Positions 1 through 13,114 of a stretch of 64,000 nucleotides of DNA are shown here, in pieces. This stretch comes from Trichoplax sp. H2 (lineage: Eukaryota). Every line of letters begins with the position of its first letter. Positions within the stretch are counted from its first letter, which is position 1. Both the position numbers and the translations under genes were made by a program. The stretch lies in assembly GCA_003344405.1 (NCBI GenBank), contig NOWV01000016.1, forward strand, positions 372,001-436,000, read 5' to 3'. Below the pieces are notes generated by a model. It searched no databases. It was not told the DNA's origin and saw only the letters and a list, made by a program, of their open reading frames with translations.

Positions 1-1776
1 GGGGTTATATTCTTTCCTGTAGCAATAGAATGCACATTAGTAACCTAGGATACTAGCAATTAGATGTTATCTTGCTTGTACAGATAGGTCATCTTAAACC
101 TAGGTTTACTCTAGAATTATACATAGGTATAACAATTAACTTGGTAGGTTGAGATTCTTATAAATTCTCCCTTGTGATAGCATATACGTTTTTTCTAGCG
201 TTTATAGAATGTCTGTCATGTCAAAGATTGCTTAATTATCGTGTCATTAAAGGATTATTCATGAAATCGTTTATTAATGATATCAAAGGTAGATAATAAT
301 TAAATTTACAAGTTAATAAATTTTACATTTGGCATTTGATCAGAAAGTAAATGTATCATTTTTGTTGATAGTATAGGTAGTCTTATCAAGACTATACTCT
401 CGTATTAGTTCTTATCCAGATATTTTATCTAATTTATGTTAATTCACTGAATTACTTTGTACTATAGTCAAATATAAACAAGCTATGAAATAACGTCATA
501 TTAACATGCAGTAAGCAGTGCAGCTCTAATATATATCATAACCACTCCTACAATTTGGAATGATCCGTCGAATTTCCTCAAGTAAAGTCAAGATATTTCT
601 ATTTCATTATGAAGATAATTACATTGCTGTTGTAGCACAAACAATTTTCCAGTATCACCATAGAAGCATGTTATGAGACAGTGTTCTATTTAGGTATGAT
701 TAATATCGTTATGCTTATATTTCTGATGGTGTAAATAGTCCTACTAAATGCGCGTGAATCTCTGCCAAAGATCTCAAATGTTACCTGCCGAATTATATTG
801 ACGAGCCTATAGTATGAAAAAGGCTAGTTATTGAATTACTAGTAGAGATTAAGACAGTACTGATTAAATACGCGTTATAATTTGGGATTGCCCTGCTAGA
901 TTTATTTTAGATATGGCTAACGTTCCTAATTCTTCATACTGATTTCGATTTAATTAATCATGATCAGCATATAATCTCTTGCATAATCTTCCATTTAAAA
1001 TAATGTTGTCGATAGTCTTCTCAAGTATTTCAGTTACTAATGATACACATTAATTTCCTGGAATGTAGTAGTAAACAGTTACATGTTATATACTGTTAGA
1101 CAGTATGGGAGCAGTACGGAGATGCGTCAGGGAATGGTGAAGCTTCACTAATATAATAGGCGTTCCTTGTTGTAAACAGGAAGAGACAGTTTCAGACTAA
1201 ACGTAGATACTCCTTGACAATTAAAAGCGGAATCAATTTCCGTAATAAAGTAAAGTTTTGCAGCAAATTGAAGTTTTTATTTCAATACTTTGAGGGACTT
1301 TAATACTAATGTCAACGTCATATTCACTCAACCAGAGATAAAGTGATATAACATAACCCTTTTAGTTAATCAATGGCATGTTTAAAGGTAATAAATTATG
1401 AAATAGGCATGGATTTAAAAATATAAGTAATAATTCATTTAATTTGAGCAGATGGCATCAATATTTTTGTTAAGCTCAGCTTGGCTTACATGAGAATTTT
1501 ATAAATTTCTGTAAAGATATGATTAATACTAGTACTTGGATTTTGAAAATATTGACTGTAATTCACGATTTTCCTCTTGCTATTAATCTTACATAGGAAA
1601 GTAATCATTAATCTGTCATAGAATAATGCAGTGCCTGTACTTATAAATAAGATCCAATGCTAGATAAAGTTATTTGAAAACTATATCAACTTCAATGACT
1701 AGAGAACTGTATGCAGTTATAATATATTTACACAGCGTGCATTAAATTGAATTAATTTGCGCTTTTTGTTCAATAG

Positions 1777-1862
1777 GTTGCGCTCGCCCAGAAACACCTG
1801 GTGTTTATGCCCGTGTCAGCAATTATGAAGCTAGGATTTCTGACACCAAAGCAAAAGCGTAA
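1777..1862 (+). pseudogene. Orphan terminal exon of a trypsin-family (S1) serine protease, probably a decayed gene
   Basis: After the acceptor gctttttgttcaatag the frame reads (G)CARPETPGVYARVSNYEARISDTKAKA*, matching the S1 protease C-terminal motif GCA.P..PGVY.RVS.Y..WI with W changed to R. No intact GDSGGP exon is visible in 1-1776. Confidence 0.6.
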
Positions 1863-3323
1863 ATGGCACGATTTTATTTTAATTTCGTTGCTGTAACAAA
1901 ATTTCTATCCTTAGCCATACTGTTTACTTGGTAACATAGAAACATAAATTTACTACTTAGAACTTTAGAAATGGTAAATACCGACTTATCTACTCGTATT
2001 GTTGTACGTTTTAGCATTAACTCTAAGTTAGAGTTATAAGTACGATTACTTATTTCATACACTTCTATTTACACAAAGTAGATAATAAAACAAATTGCTT
2101 AATTTTTTGAATGTTTGATCAAAATTATGTTATATGTGAATTAATTGATACGATATTATCAATATTTATTTGCATAAACTCGTATAGCAATTTTATGTTT
2201 TAGAATGTGTAGCTTTCCTGGCACGAAGGTTTTGCTATGAGACTCTAACATATTTTATGCTAATCATATCATTGATGCTACAAAATTTTGTAAATTTAGA
2301 AACCTAGTTATCTGTGTGACTGTAGAGGAGAAATACATTCTATAGTTCGATATTTTTGCTAGAGAATTATTCTTATTCTGAAATACTTTATTATAGTATC
2401 GAAATTTTAGCTATACATATACAAAATATTGCTCAGTATTTCCGGTGATTGAAATCTGGACTGCTTATTAAGTTGAATGATAATTTAAAATCATTTCAAC
2501 CACCATATTTAGATTGAGTACTTTTATTTCTTTTCATCAAAACACATAAAGATAATTTTTAATAAAAATAGTGGATATTTGCTTCATTATTAAATATATT
2601 CCTTTAATGCTAAGGCTAAGTAAACTAGTTTGTTAATTGTAACATTTTGCATAAGCTTAATTACTTATTGCTTTGTGATGTAAATAAGCTCAATTTTTTC
2701 CAGACACCTTCGAAATCCGATTGATAATATTTACAGCTAGAGATCGAGACATCAAATAGGTATATCGTATACGAAGAAAAATTCAAAAAGACCTACATAA
2801 AATATTTCAATTTTAGGCTATAACTCATATCTATACTAGAGTAAATTTAACTTAGGTGGAGCTGTGAAAATCATTATAAGAAATGATAAGGATAACCTAA
2901 TCAATTCATTTATATTCTATTCAAATCTCCTCGTATCGATTTCATATTAATTAAGACAAGTAAAGCTGATTCATCTAACTATTAGCTTCTTGACTAGACT
3001 TAATGTCTATATCTTCTATTGGATTGAAATGATTAGAAAAATCTTGTGATACCATTTCAATTAGAGATAACGGCGACATGACTCATTACTATTGAAAATG
3101 AACGATGCCTATACACTTTGTAATATTTAAATTTTTGGTCATAGTATTTATCTGTATATTTAATTCTAACGATATACTACTGCATGGCTAATGGCAGTTT
3201 TTCATATACAACGAAGTTTGTGATAAAAGAAATACTATTTATCATTTCTGTAAAGTGATGTATATGTACAGAAGATTGACCAATAGATTATTAGTGTAAT
3301 GTTAACAATAAAGTTTGATGTTA

Positions 3324-5095
3324 TCAATATGTAGCTACCCATCGATGATTTCGTTTAGCCATTTGCCTCATCCTTAAAATGTTTGCATCAACTTCAGCAT
3401 TAGCTTTCCTTTCCGATATACTCCTATGTAATTGTTTCTCACTTAATTTTAACGATTCTATATTGTCGTTAATCGTTACTAGCATATCAACTAGTTCTGT
3501 TGCTTTTCCATGAATTTGAAATTTCTGACCATTTATTGTGGTTGGAACAATCGATTGAAATTTGCCCGATACTGTATGCTGGGTCTATTAATAAAATTAA
3601 GGTTAGTATTTCATAACCCAAATGTGCACGATTAAATAACTAAGCTAATCTATTTAGCTCACCATTGGTATTCCGCATGCCCTATCGATAGCTTGTTGAG
3701 CTCTTTGTTGTCGCAATCTAGAATATCTAGTGGCACATCGCTGTAGTTCCACTTGTGCCTATCCATAAAATTAGTTTTGATCAATATTGATGACAATTAC
3801 TACTGACAGTCTATCTAAGCTATAGATCAAACAATACATACGCGTACATGATAAAAATTTATTATTAATATAATTGAAAAAGAATCATCTTGATTTTGAG
3901 CAACATATTAGGAAGTTGATAAAAAAATATTGAAATATTTGTAGTATGGAACCATTTGTTGACATTAAAAATTACTTGGCATTCTGCTACTAGTAGCTTA
4001 AGAGCAAATTACCTTCGCTGACGATGCACTTTGCAAATCTTGTCGTAAGTTGGTATCAACAGCATTAAATGTTGCTTGTTGTATCCATTCCGTATTCTCA
4101 AGGGCACTTTTTGATTGCTGACGAAGTGATTTGGAAAATCTGCAAACTGCATTGACTCCTTCGATTAATTTACCGACGCTAATACTTGGCAATACTTCAT
4201 GATTAATATCATCAGCAGTTTTAATGGCTTGGCTTTGACGGATATATTTTTCAACAACGGCAGTCTTTGAGGTGGCACTAACAATATGCTGTTGTGTTGA
4301 TTTAATAGTCTTGCTACGTTGTTGGATAGCATCATGTAGGCTATTTCGAGTACGACCTAATTTTTGTAAGTGTTCCAGTACAGCTTGAAGTTGCATTTCA
4401 AGCGATTGCTTGATTTTTAATAGTGTATTTCGTTCTTTACCAATCTGTTTATCGGCAATACCTAGTGTGGCCTTTTTAGTAGAATCGTATTGAAATAGTA
4501 ATTGGTTATGACGAGTGAGAGATAGCGTAATTTTAGATAGACTTTTAAGATACATCATAGTCAGCCTACGTGCATATTACAGTAATACTACAACATTAAT
4601 CAAAGCTAATACGTAATAAAATTTCATTTCATTTTTAAACTTAACTATTCCATTAAACAGAACTTATCTACGCGTCTCTTTAGAATATCTCGATTGCAAA
4701 TAAACGGGCGTACGTAGATTACTGTAACTTACCGCACTTTTTCCTAGGCGTGTCGATATTGCTGAAGAGCATCTAGAATTGACCAAGATATTCCGTCGGA
4801 CCTTGTCCAATGATGCTTCTAGTGAATTCTTACATTTATTTAATTGCTTAATTTCCTCATTAGTCTTATTGATGTTATCGTATAACGCTTGAATAGATGC
4901 TCTCGCATCTCGCATTAAGATATGAGCTGTATTATTATTTTGATGGATTAATTTTTGCATAGCTACTGGAAGGCTTAGCGATTTAGTTTTAGCATAAAAC
5001 TTTTCGGTTTCTTGAATGACTGTTGATGCACCTTGCAACGTATTCCTAGGTTTATAGTAATTGCGTCCCTTATACTGTACTCTAGCATTAGCCAT
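3324..5095 (-). CDS. CCDC105: Coiled-coil domain-containing protein 105 / tektin-like protein, 4 exons (5095-4733, ~4471-4013, 3758-3663, 3584-3324)
   Basis: Spliced coiled-coil protein containing AHILMRDARAS...TNEEIKQLNKCKNSLEASL, ADKQIGKERNTLLKIKQSLEMQLQAV and a C-terminal AEVDANILRMRQMAKRNHRWV, which resemble CCDC105/TEKTL1. GT-AG introns keep frame; the exon 2 acceptor is approximate. Confidence 0.75.
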
Positions 5096-5407
5096 GATAG
5101 TGGTTAAAGAATGGATTGAGATTGGCAATATACTTTAAATCCAACTGGTGGTTTCAATGCTGCTGTAAGTTATTGACTCGAATTAGTGCTAATAGCAATT
5201 TTCTTGATGATATTTAATCTTGCTCTATCGATAATTGGGTGATTGAAATCTTTCTTGTTCACCAATTTGATGTCATATGGGTAATCAATTTACACGCTGT
5301 CGAACCTTGTGTTGGCAATTAATGTTCTTATTCGGAATGAGGATATGTCATAAGTTCACTTTTATTACCGTTGAAATAAGTTAGTAGCCGATGTCGAATT
5401 GAGAGAT

Positions 5408-5467
5408 AATTTTATGGCAACAACAACACGTCAAGTCTAGTCCAGTCTGCTTTATCACTATAGCAAC
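5408..5467. promoter_or_regulatory. Candidate RFX X-boxes upstream of CCDC105
   Basis: ATCACTATAGCAAC (5454-5467) and a TATGGCAAC half-site (5413-5421), about 320-370 bp upstream of the ATG of an axonemal gene. The X-box consensus is GTYNCYATRGYAAC. Confidence 0.45.
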
Positions 5468-6735
5468 AGCGTTTAGTGTTATTAGATATGTTATTCCAAA
5501 TATTAACAAAAAAATAATTTATTCATGCGCATTATCATTATTATTATCATGCTGAACTAATAATTAATTAGCGGCCTTAAAAGTAGAGGTAATGATTTAC
5601 ATGTGCTGGCAAGATACATTCTGTATACTGTAGTATTGCAACATCCAGTTCAATCGCTATTAATATATTATAATAAATAAAGCGTAAAGTATAATTAGTC
5701 CTCAGCATCTATTGCATTGAAAACAGGTCGCATTTTAGTTAATTATTCATCAGAACTATTATTATGCTGAATTAAGAATGATTATAATTAATATCCGTCT
5801 CAAGAGTAGAGGTACTCATGCACTCATGCTATATAATATACTAACTATGATATAAAGGTGTTTAGTAGCTTCTCGCCTGCAGGCATTCTAAGGTGACAAA
5901 AAAGCACCACAGGCATGAGAAGAAATGGCGTCAAGTAATCTGCTAGCTATAAAATACTGCCTAAAATACAAGTTTAAAGTAAAGATACATTAGTAAGTAT
6001 GCTGTAGCAACAGGATACGAATGGAATGTAAAATAATTTGCACAGAATCGGTGCACGAATAAAGTGTCTACTCTTGTGCATCTTATTTGGTCATACGGGT
6101 ATAATCCAGTATAGTAAAGCAACGCTAACAGTACTTGATTATGCGGTCTAAGTGGATATTCTAATCGCTCTATGTGACAATTGACTCGACATTTCATTCT
6201 GCATCGGGAGCAAAATTGATGACACCAACCATGATCTACTCATCTCTCGCCATGGAATACGGTAGACGTTTATACTTTTGGAAGCATACAATATTATATA
6301 GTGCTAGCGAATGTACTGTACAGTGTACAGTAGCGTAAGTGACTGGCCAACTACTGAAACCATAGATCAAAAGTCAGTCAAATTAAAGCCATACGATAAG
6401 ACTCGAAAGATACCATATCCCTGTCGGAACCTTCCATCATTGCTACTCCAAGCTCTCAAAATGATAGCAAAATGAGTTTTATGATGCTCAAATTTTGTTG
6501 GATCAAGCCTATTTGAACATTATAATGAAGTTACACTTATGATATAATCCTAGAATTGGTAGGTACAGCAGTATTGCAATATTGAAAGAGTTACAGCAAT
6601 TATTATAGCCAAGTCATGGTGATGACTTAGTCCTTGATCGAGGATGCATTTAACGACAGAAGTAAAACTAAGCAACTTTCACTGTTGGATTAATTGACCT
6701 GGAGAAATCGTCAAAATCAAGCCAATTATTATATT

Positions 6736-9700
6736 ATGGCTGATACAACAGGGAGAAGATCATCACAAGCTAATAGCTTAGAAGATTTATTTAATTTATT
6801 AAGCTCCAAGGACGCTGCTTGGAGCCAGCAAGCTAAAACAGTCATTATCGACGGATTGATTAATTCAGCTCGTGCCGGAGAGACCAGCAGCTGGTTACAA
6901 AATCATTTAATTGATTACTACATGAGAACAGGTTGTGAGAATGCAGCTGAGATATTAACTAAAATACAAGATTCTCAAGCTCGTGTGAGTCAATTTAATT
7001 GGTATAATACGGAGATAGATGTACATTATACAGTATGTTATTAATTTACTATGTTACATTTGTACGATCATTTCCTGAACGAGATATCAAATGATGATTG
7101 CTAAACCTAAGCCTAAAATTATTGCTCATACTACACAGTCTATTCTCCTTATACTTGTACTTGTACGTTTCAGCTTCACAGCTACGTCGATAGGGATAGA
7201 ATTCCAATCTGTTGTAATCCATAAGTGTCTGTATACACTGTACGAATAATAGTAGAATGCCAATTTAACTGTAATTTTCTCTATAAATGTTATTCAAACT
7301 TATTTATGCACTAGATTCATTGCTAGCCAAAAAAAACCAGTTCTATAATTGAGTCGATTTTCAAGCTTATCATTATGTGGAGCACTAGAACCCATAAAGA
7401 TCTTTGCATATGATTTATAATGTATACTGTATCCTGTTGTAACACAATGTAAGATAAAAGATCTTTAATAGTCACCATTGGCTATAATGAGTATTACCTT
7501 GTATTTAAAAATTGAATGTAACATTAGTAACACAGCGATAATAGCCATTTTGTTCTTATAGATTAATTCTTTCTCAATTGTATTTATGTAGTTCTTATTC
7601 GATAAAATCAACGCCAGCCTATCCAATGGTAATACCTGCTTACAAGCCGTAAAACTACTCGGAAATATTGCTAGAAGTCAAGTATGTAGCTGCTATAAGT
7701 CTGAATACTTACTGTAGACGTAATGATAAAAATACCAAAGTGATTTCCATTAACTAAGTCATGTAATACGATCCTCACTAAATTCTCAGTGTATTACCCT
7801 TTCATAATTCACAATGGAGAATTAGGAGATAATGTCTTTCGAAAATTGTTGCAACTGCAGTGCAAATAGAATAAGCTAAACGTATCTCAGTATGATACAA
7901 TTTATACTGTAATTATTACATACGCCAGCAAGATGATCAAAGAGTTTACTGAAACATATTTCATGCTTCCTATGTGTTACAAAAGTAATAAATTTTATTT
8001 ATAAATATTAGCCATCCTGGTTGTATCGAATTGGAAATAATGCTGCGGTACCAACTCTTCTCAAGTGTCTTAAGGTGCAAAATAGCTTAAGAATTTTACT
8101 TGATAAATTATAATAAATATAACGCTAAGAAATCCTTCTTGATTATTTGCCCATGTTAGAGTCAACAAGATGCTGAAGTCCTTATAGGTGGCATTCTAAC
8201 CCTAACAATTTTATTGCCTTCAATGCCTACCTTAGTTAAACCTTACATGCCAGAAATGGTTGAGATTTATATAAGATTAGCCAGTTGGAGAATAAAGAAG
8301 CCAGGTAAATAATGTTTAATTTACAACGAAACAAATAGGACTGCTAGTAAAATGCAATACACTGTAAATAATATACAGCATATTGTTAGTGGACGCTAGT
8401 AAGCATAATAGCTTGAACACTATTATTTCTTAGTTTAGTGAAAACCTTTACTTTGCAATTTATTCGTTTGAATTTAAACCATTTCATTGTTTGTAAATGT
8501 CTTTATGGACTGTGAAAATATTAGGTCACATCCCGGATCTATTCCTGCAGCATTTACTTATTGCAGCTAATGTTTTCTTCCAACGTTTATATGGCATGTT
8601 TCCATGTACATGTATGTCGCTATTAAAGGCTTTTTGTAAAAGTAAAGCCAACAGAGACATTTTCGACAAAGCACTTCAAGTGAGTTCTTTCCTGCTATTC
8701 TTTTTGCTTAAAAATTTAATAGTAACGACGTATTTACCATTGTAGCCATTATTAGGCCAATTACGATTCCATCCTATGCTGGTTACCTCTGATTGCGATG
8801 AAGAATCACAACCCGATAGGTATCCTATTTAGTTTTAAGTGCATGTGGTACTGCTAAGTATTTGTTTAGTTGTAACGGTAATTTTGACATCACGAGTTAA
8901 TTACGGTATGACTTATTGATAAAATTTTACTGCCACATTTTCACTCTCTACGTATAATATTTATACTTATTTTAGAAAATAGTAACTTATACTTATAATA
9001 AACTGTAGATGGAAAAAATTAGAGCCTTATGAAATTGTTGTTGAATGCTCAAAGTTTGCATCCGGCATTTATGATGATCGATACAACGAAAACTATAGGG
9101 AATCGACATTTATTCCTCGTCGGTGTCCTCATACTTATCAGGTTGTCAGTGATGGATTACCAGATAGGGCGCCTAATAATACATGGAGACAGAACTCATC
9201 TACAACTGCTGAAATGAATGATATTAATAGAAGTTCGAGATCAAACTTTAACAGTGCTTCTATCGTATCTAAGACCGACACAGAAACTGATAAACAACCT
9301 GAGATTGAGAAAGTTGATGCATCCTTGGAGCACGCTACAGTCGCTACTGTTACGACTAATAAATTAGACAAAATACCATTAGTAGCTTTTCGAGATTCCC
9401 ATGAATTATGGAGTCCCTCATTGCTGCTCGATGTCGATTCTCCACCCACTTCTCCAGATCTTAATCGAAATAACCCTACTCGTATCTCAACTCCTGGAAA
9501 GTCGTCTGAGACGCATAATCGTTTGGTCGATTCACCTATTCATGCAGCACCTCCAGATACGATCAATACCTCAAATTTTACAAATTCTATGACGAAATTT
9601 ACGCATCAAACGAATATTAGCAAAGAAATCCTATCACCAACGAAGCAGAACGATTCGTTGGATCAGGAGAAATTTACCGACTTCAAATATTCGACACCAA

Positions 9701-12476
9701 AGAGAGTACTCGGTGATTCACAAGATGATGTTGTAATTAATCAATCTGCTACTGATAGCATTAAACAGACAGCTGATGATCAAGCCCTTATACATCGAAA
9801 GATATCAGAGGGAAAACTAAGAAAGAAAGTATCAACTGCAGCCGTTCCTGTCAGAAAAGTGAGCACTGTATTTAATAAGCGATATGTGCAATTTTTTAGA
9901 AAGTACATTTTTAATAGCTATGAACTCTCTTAATTATTATAGGAGTTAGGTTTGGCGTCTAATACTGAAGTACAAGATCCCGCGGATAATAAAGTGATTC
10001 CAAATAGAATATACTCTCTTACCAGCATGGACTTATTTACGTCAGATAATATAAATCAGGAAGATGCACATGGATTACCGGACATACATTCTTGGCCTCC
10101 CAATGCTTATTTATTAAATGACAGCAAATTAAAAGAAGTAGGAAATGAATGTAGTTTGCTGTAAAATCTCGCGTGACAATGGCTTATATTATGAATATTC
10201 CTATGATACTGTAGGATTCTACGGAAGATATACTTACGGATAATTTGCATCATTCCTTCAAGCCCAAAGAGAGTCCGTTTGAAAGCTCTCAAAGTAAAAT
10301 TGAAGATGATACTGCAACTGATAATAAAGATTTTACTTCTAGCTCAGCAGTAAAGGAGAAAAACTTTACGAATACGGATAGCGAGTCTACTGCTGATTTA
10401 GGTACCAGTGTACAATAAATAGTGACATTTTTATCTTACTACGAAATTAGGATATCATGAATAGCTAATCAGCAGCGATTATAATGCTGTACTTACCATT
10501 CTATTTTATTTAGATAGCAAATTAGCACATCAGAATGCTTCGTTGAGTTCATATATTAATCTGATGGATGCTGCTTTACGATCACCAATAATGGGTGCTC
10601 CATTAAACCAACGAACAGCTAGCGTTGCTCCTGTCTTGAATGATTCTTTCCAAGACTTTAGTCCTAAAACATCGTCTGATTGTCATTCTTGGATTTATCC
10701 ATCTTTTACTAGTTTTGAAGAATATCTAACTCTGGCAAGCGAAATTCACTCTGAAGAACTTAAAAGGTAAGTCTAATCAAATCAGTCATTACGTACTCGT
10801 GCTTAAATTTATTTTTAAAATTCTCTATTAATGGCAATCTATCACCTTTGAGACAGAATACCTCTAGTTGATCGCTTTGATACTACTTGGAATTATTTTG
10901 GTGGATCAGCTCCTGCCGATGAGGTAACAATATTCAAAGGCCAAACGCGTTTGCTTTTAAATCAGCTTTTGTTTGAGCGGTATCAAACGGAAATGTACGC
11001 ACAACGTAATCGCCAGCTGGTGGGAAGAACTTATAGGCTAAATGCCCTTGAAGAGGAATGCTTAGCAATGGTTAGTTGTTTAATCTATTCGATCAATAAA
11101 ACTCTTGGACGTGAACATTTTTTGTCTGTATTGTCGTAGAAAGATCAACTTCGTTTCCAAGAAGCCGAAATTCATCACTTAAAACTTTACTTAAAGTTAC
11201 AAGAGGAAGAACAACGGTATAAATATTACTCAATCTTATTATGTTTACTTGCTAAAAATACTTCTTTGTCAATATAATTTTGCAGGAGGGTTATAGAAAG
11301 TAGAGAAACTTGGGAATCTGACATGAAATCCAGAGTACGGTACGTTCCGAATATTAGTTTAATATTTACGTCTGCACTAATATTTGTGTAATTTTTAGCC
11401 ATTGCATAACTGTCGTTTTTAAATTAGAACTTTGAATAATGAAAAATTGCAATTACAACGAAGAATTGATCAGTTATCAGACAAGCTATCAGTAGTATTA
11501 TCGCAATCTGATCGTATAAAACAGGTACGCATATTTTCTAGCATGGGATACAACGCAATGACGTATTGCTTTTACCGTTAACATAGTGTTGTATATACGC
11601 AGGAGCTAAGTATGACCAAAGCAGAGTTATTTGATGCTACATCTAAATTGAAACGGCTAGATCAACTAGAAATCAAAAATAAGGCTGTGATTGAAATGGT
11701 ATACAAAATTAGCTAGTTAAATCTTGCGATCAGTCTAATCTAACTTACGTTAATCTATCACTACAAAAACAGAATGATCGCTTAAAGAATGAATTAGTCC
11801 TTCTAGGCGAATATTGCAATCAGCAACTTGAGTCTAATGAAAATAGCTTAAGAGCCAGTTTATTAAAAGCAAAGCAGCAGGTGTTATCGTATGACTCGGA
11901 ATTATCAGGTCAGTTGCGACATTGCAATATTTTGCCCTTGCAATCTACACTTGTATAATCAAATTGTTACCCTTGATGCTAGCGCGAAATGAGGCATTTC
12001 AAAAACAAGACATCCAGTTGGAATCGATGAAATGTCAAATCACAGATCTTGAAAATCGAATTAAATCAAAGGTAAAATGAAAGAGTTTATAACTTATCGA
12101 AATACAAAATTAAAATTAAATACCATTTTAATGTAACGTAGGAGTTAGCGTTAAAATTAGAAAAGGACATGTTGAAGGAGTCAAAAGATATTCATGCATC
12201 CGAGATTGAAGTAAGTCCAATATTTCGCAAGTCACAACGGTATAAATTGACAATATACTAATTGATAAGGAATACCTCGCAATTTAGGTTATCGAGCGAA
12301 AATATAAGAGTTTACAAAGGATTTGTCGTAAATATGAATCATATATCCTAAAACTTCACTCACAGTTGGAAATAATACAGAAGGAAAGTGGATTAAAAAT
12401 TTCAGCAGATTCGGATACACAACTAAGTGCTGATTCTTTACAAACTACGATTTATAAAGAAGCAGAGGCAATTTAA
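6736..12476 (+). CDS. TSC1: Hamartin (TSC complex subunit 1), multi-exon
   Basis: Exons translate to hamartin motifs: LIDYYMRT, PSWLYRIG...LLKCLK, FFQRLYGMFPC, LRFHPMLVT...DRWKKLEPYEIVVEC, WNYFGGSAPADE...LLLNQLLFERY...RNRQL, then a C-terminal coiled coil. ATG at 6736; TAA at 12474-12476. Confidence 0.93.
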
Positions 12477-13114
12477 TTAATTAACATTAATATTTTAAGT
12501 ATTCGTAACCTAAAATAGTTCATCTGATATAGCTAACTCAACTATCCCATTAAAAATGATCCCATATAATAATATTAAATGGAAATATTCATGTACTAAT
12601 TTAAAATTAAGCAAGTACAATTTGTTATACTGTATACAATATTAAAGTTAAAGAATAGCATTTATCAATTGATTGATAATCTTGGATAACTTTAAAAGTT
12701 AACAGAGCTAACGATGTTGCAATGTAATTGCTCAAATTTTGTAAATTTCATGTATTTGATATTGTTTCTCTAATTGATAATTGTGCTTTATTCAATTCCA
12801 AATTTGCTTCATTAAAACATCAAGGTAATATATATGCTATTGCAAGTTCATGAATTTTGATTCAATTAAATAGAATTTTATAAGGCTACAGCTCTGTATT
12901 TTTGAATGTTAAATTTAATTCAGCGATCAAATAGCAAATTTATTTTACAATCATATTCATGATATGCTCGATAATCGATTCGTCACTACACGGTAAGCAA
13001 ATTTTAATTACATCCTTAAATTATTATACATTATGTGCGATAGAAGCTTTGAAGACTATGATCTTTGAGTTTATTTCAATTTCACTTATAAGTTCTGGTG
13101 AGTTACAAGAGCAT

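Noticed and set aside
388-398. AAGACTATACT, identical to the 5' end of U3 snoRNA
   Set aside because: The following sequence lacks box A and the other U3 boxes; likely a chance 11-mer.
8196-8207. CTAACCCTAAC telomere / telomerase-template-like motif
   Set aside because: Lies inside a TSC1 coding exon (ILTLT); not an array.
9138-9592. Overlapping ORFs 9138-9449 (-) and 9401-9592 (+)
   Set aside because: Shadow frames of the large TSC1 exon.
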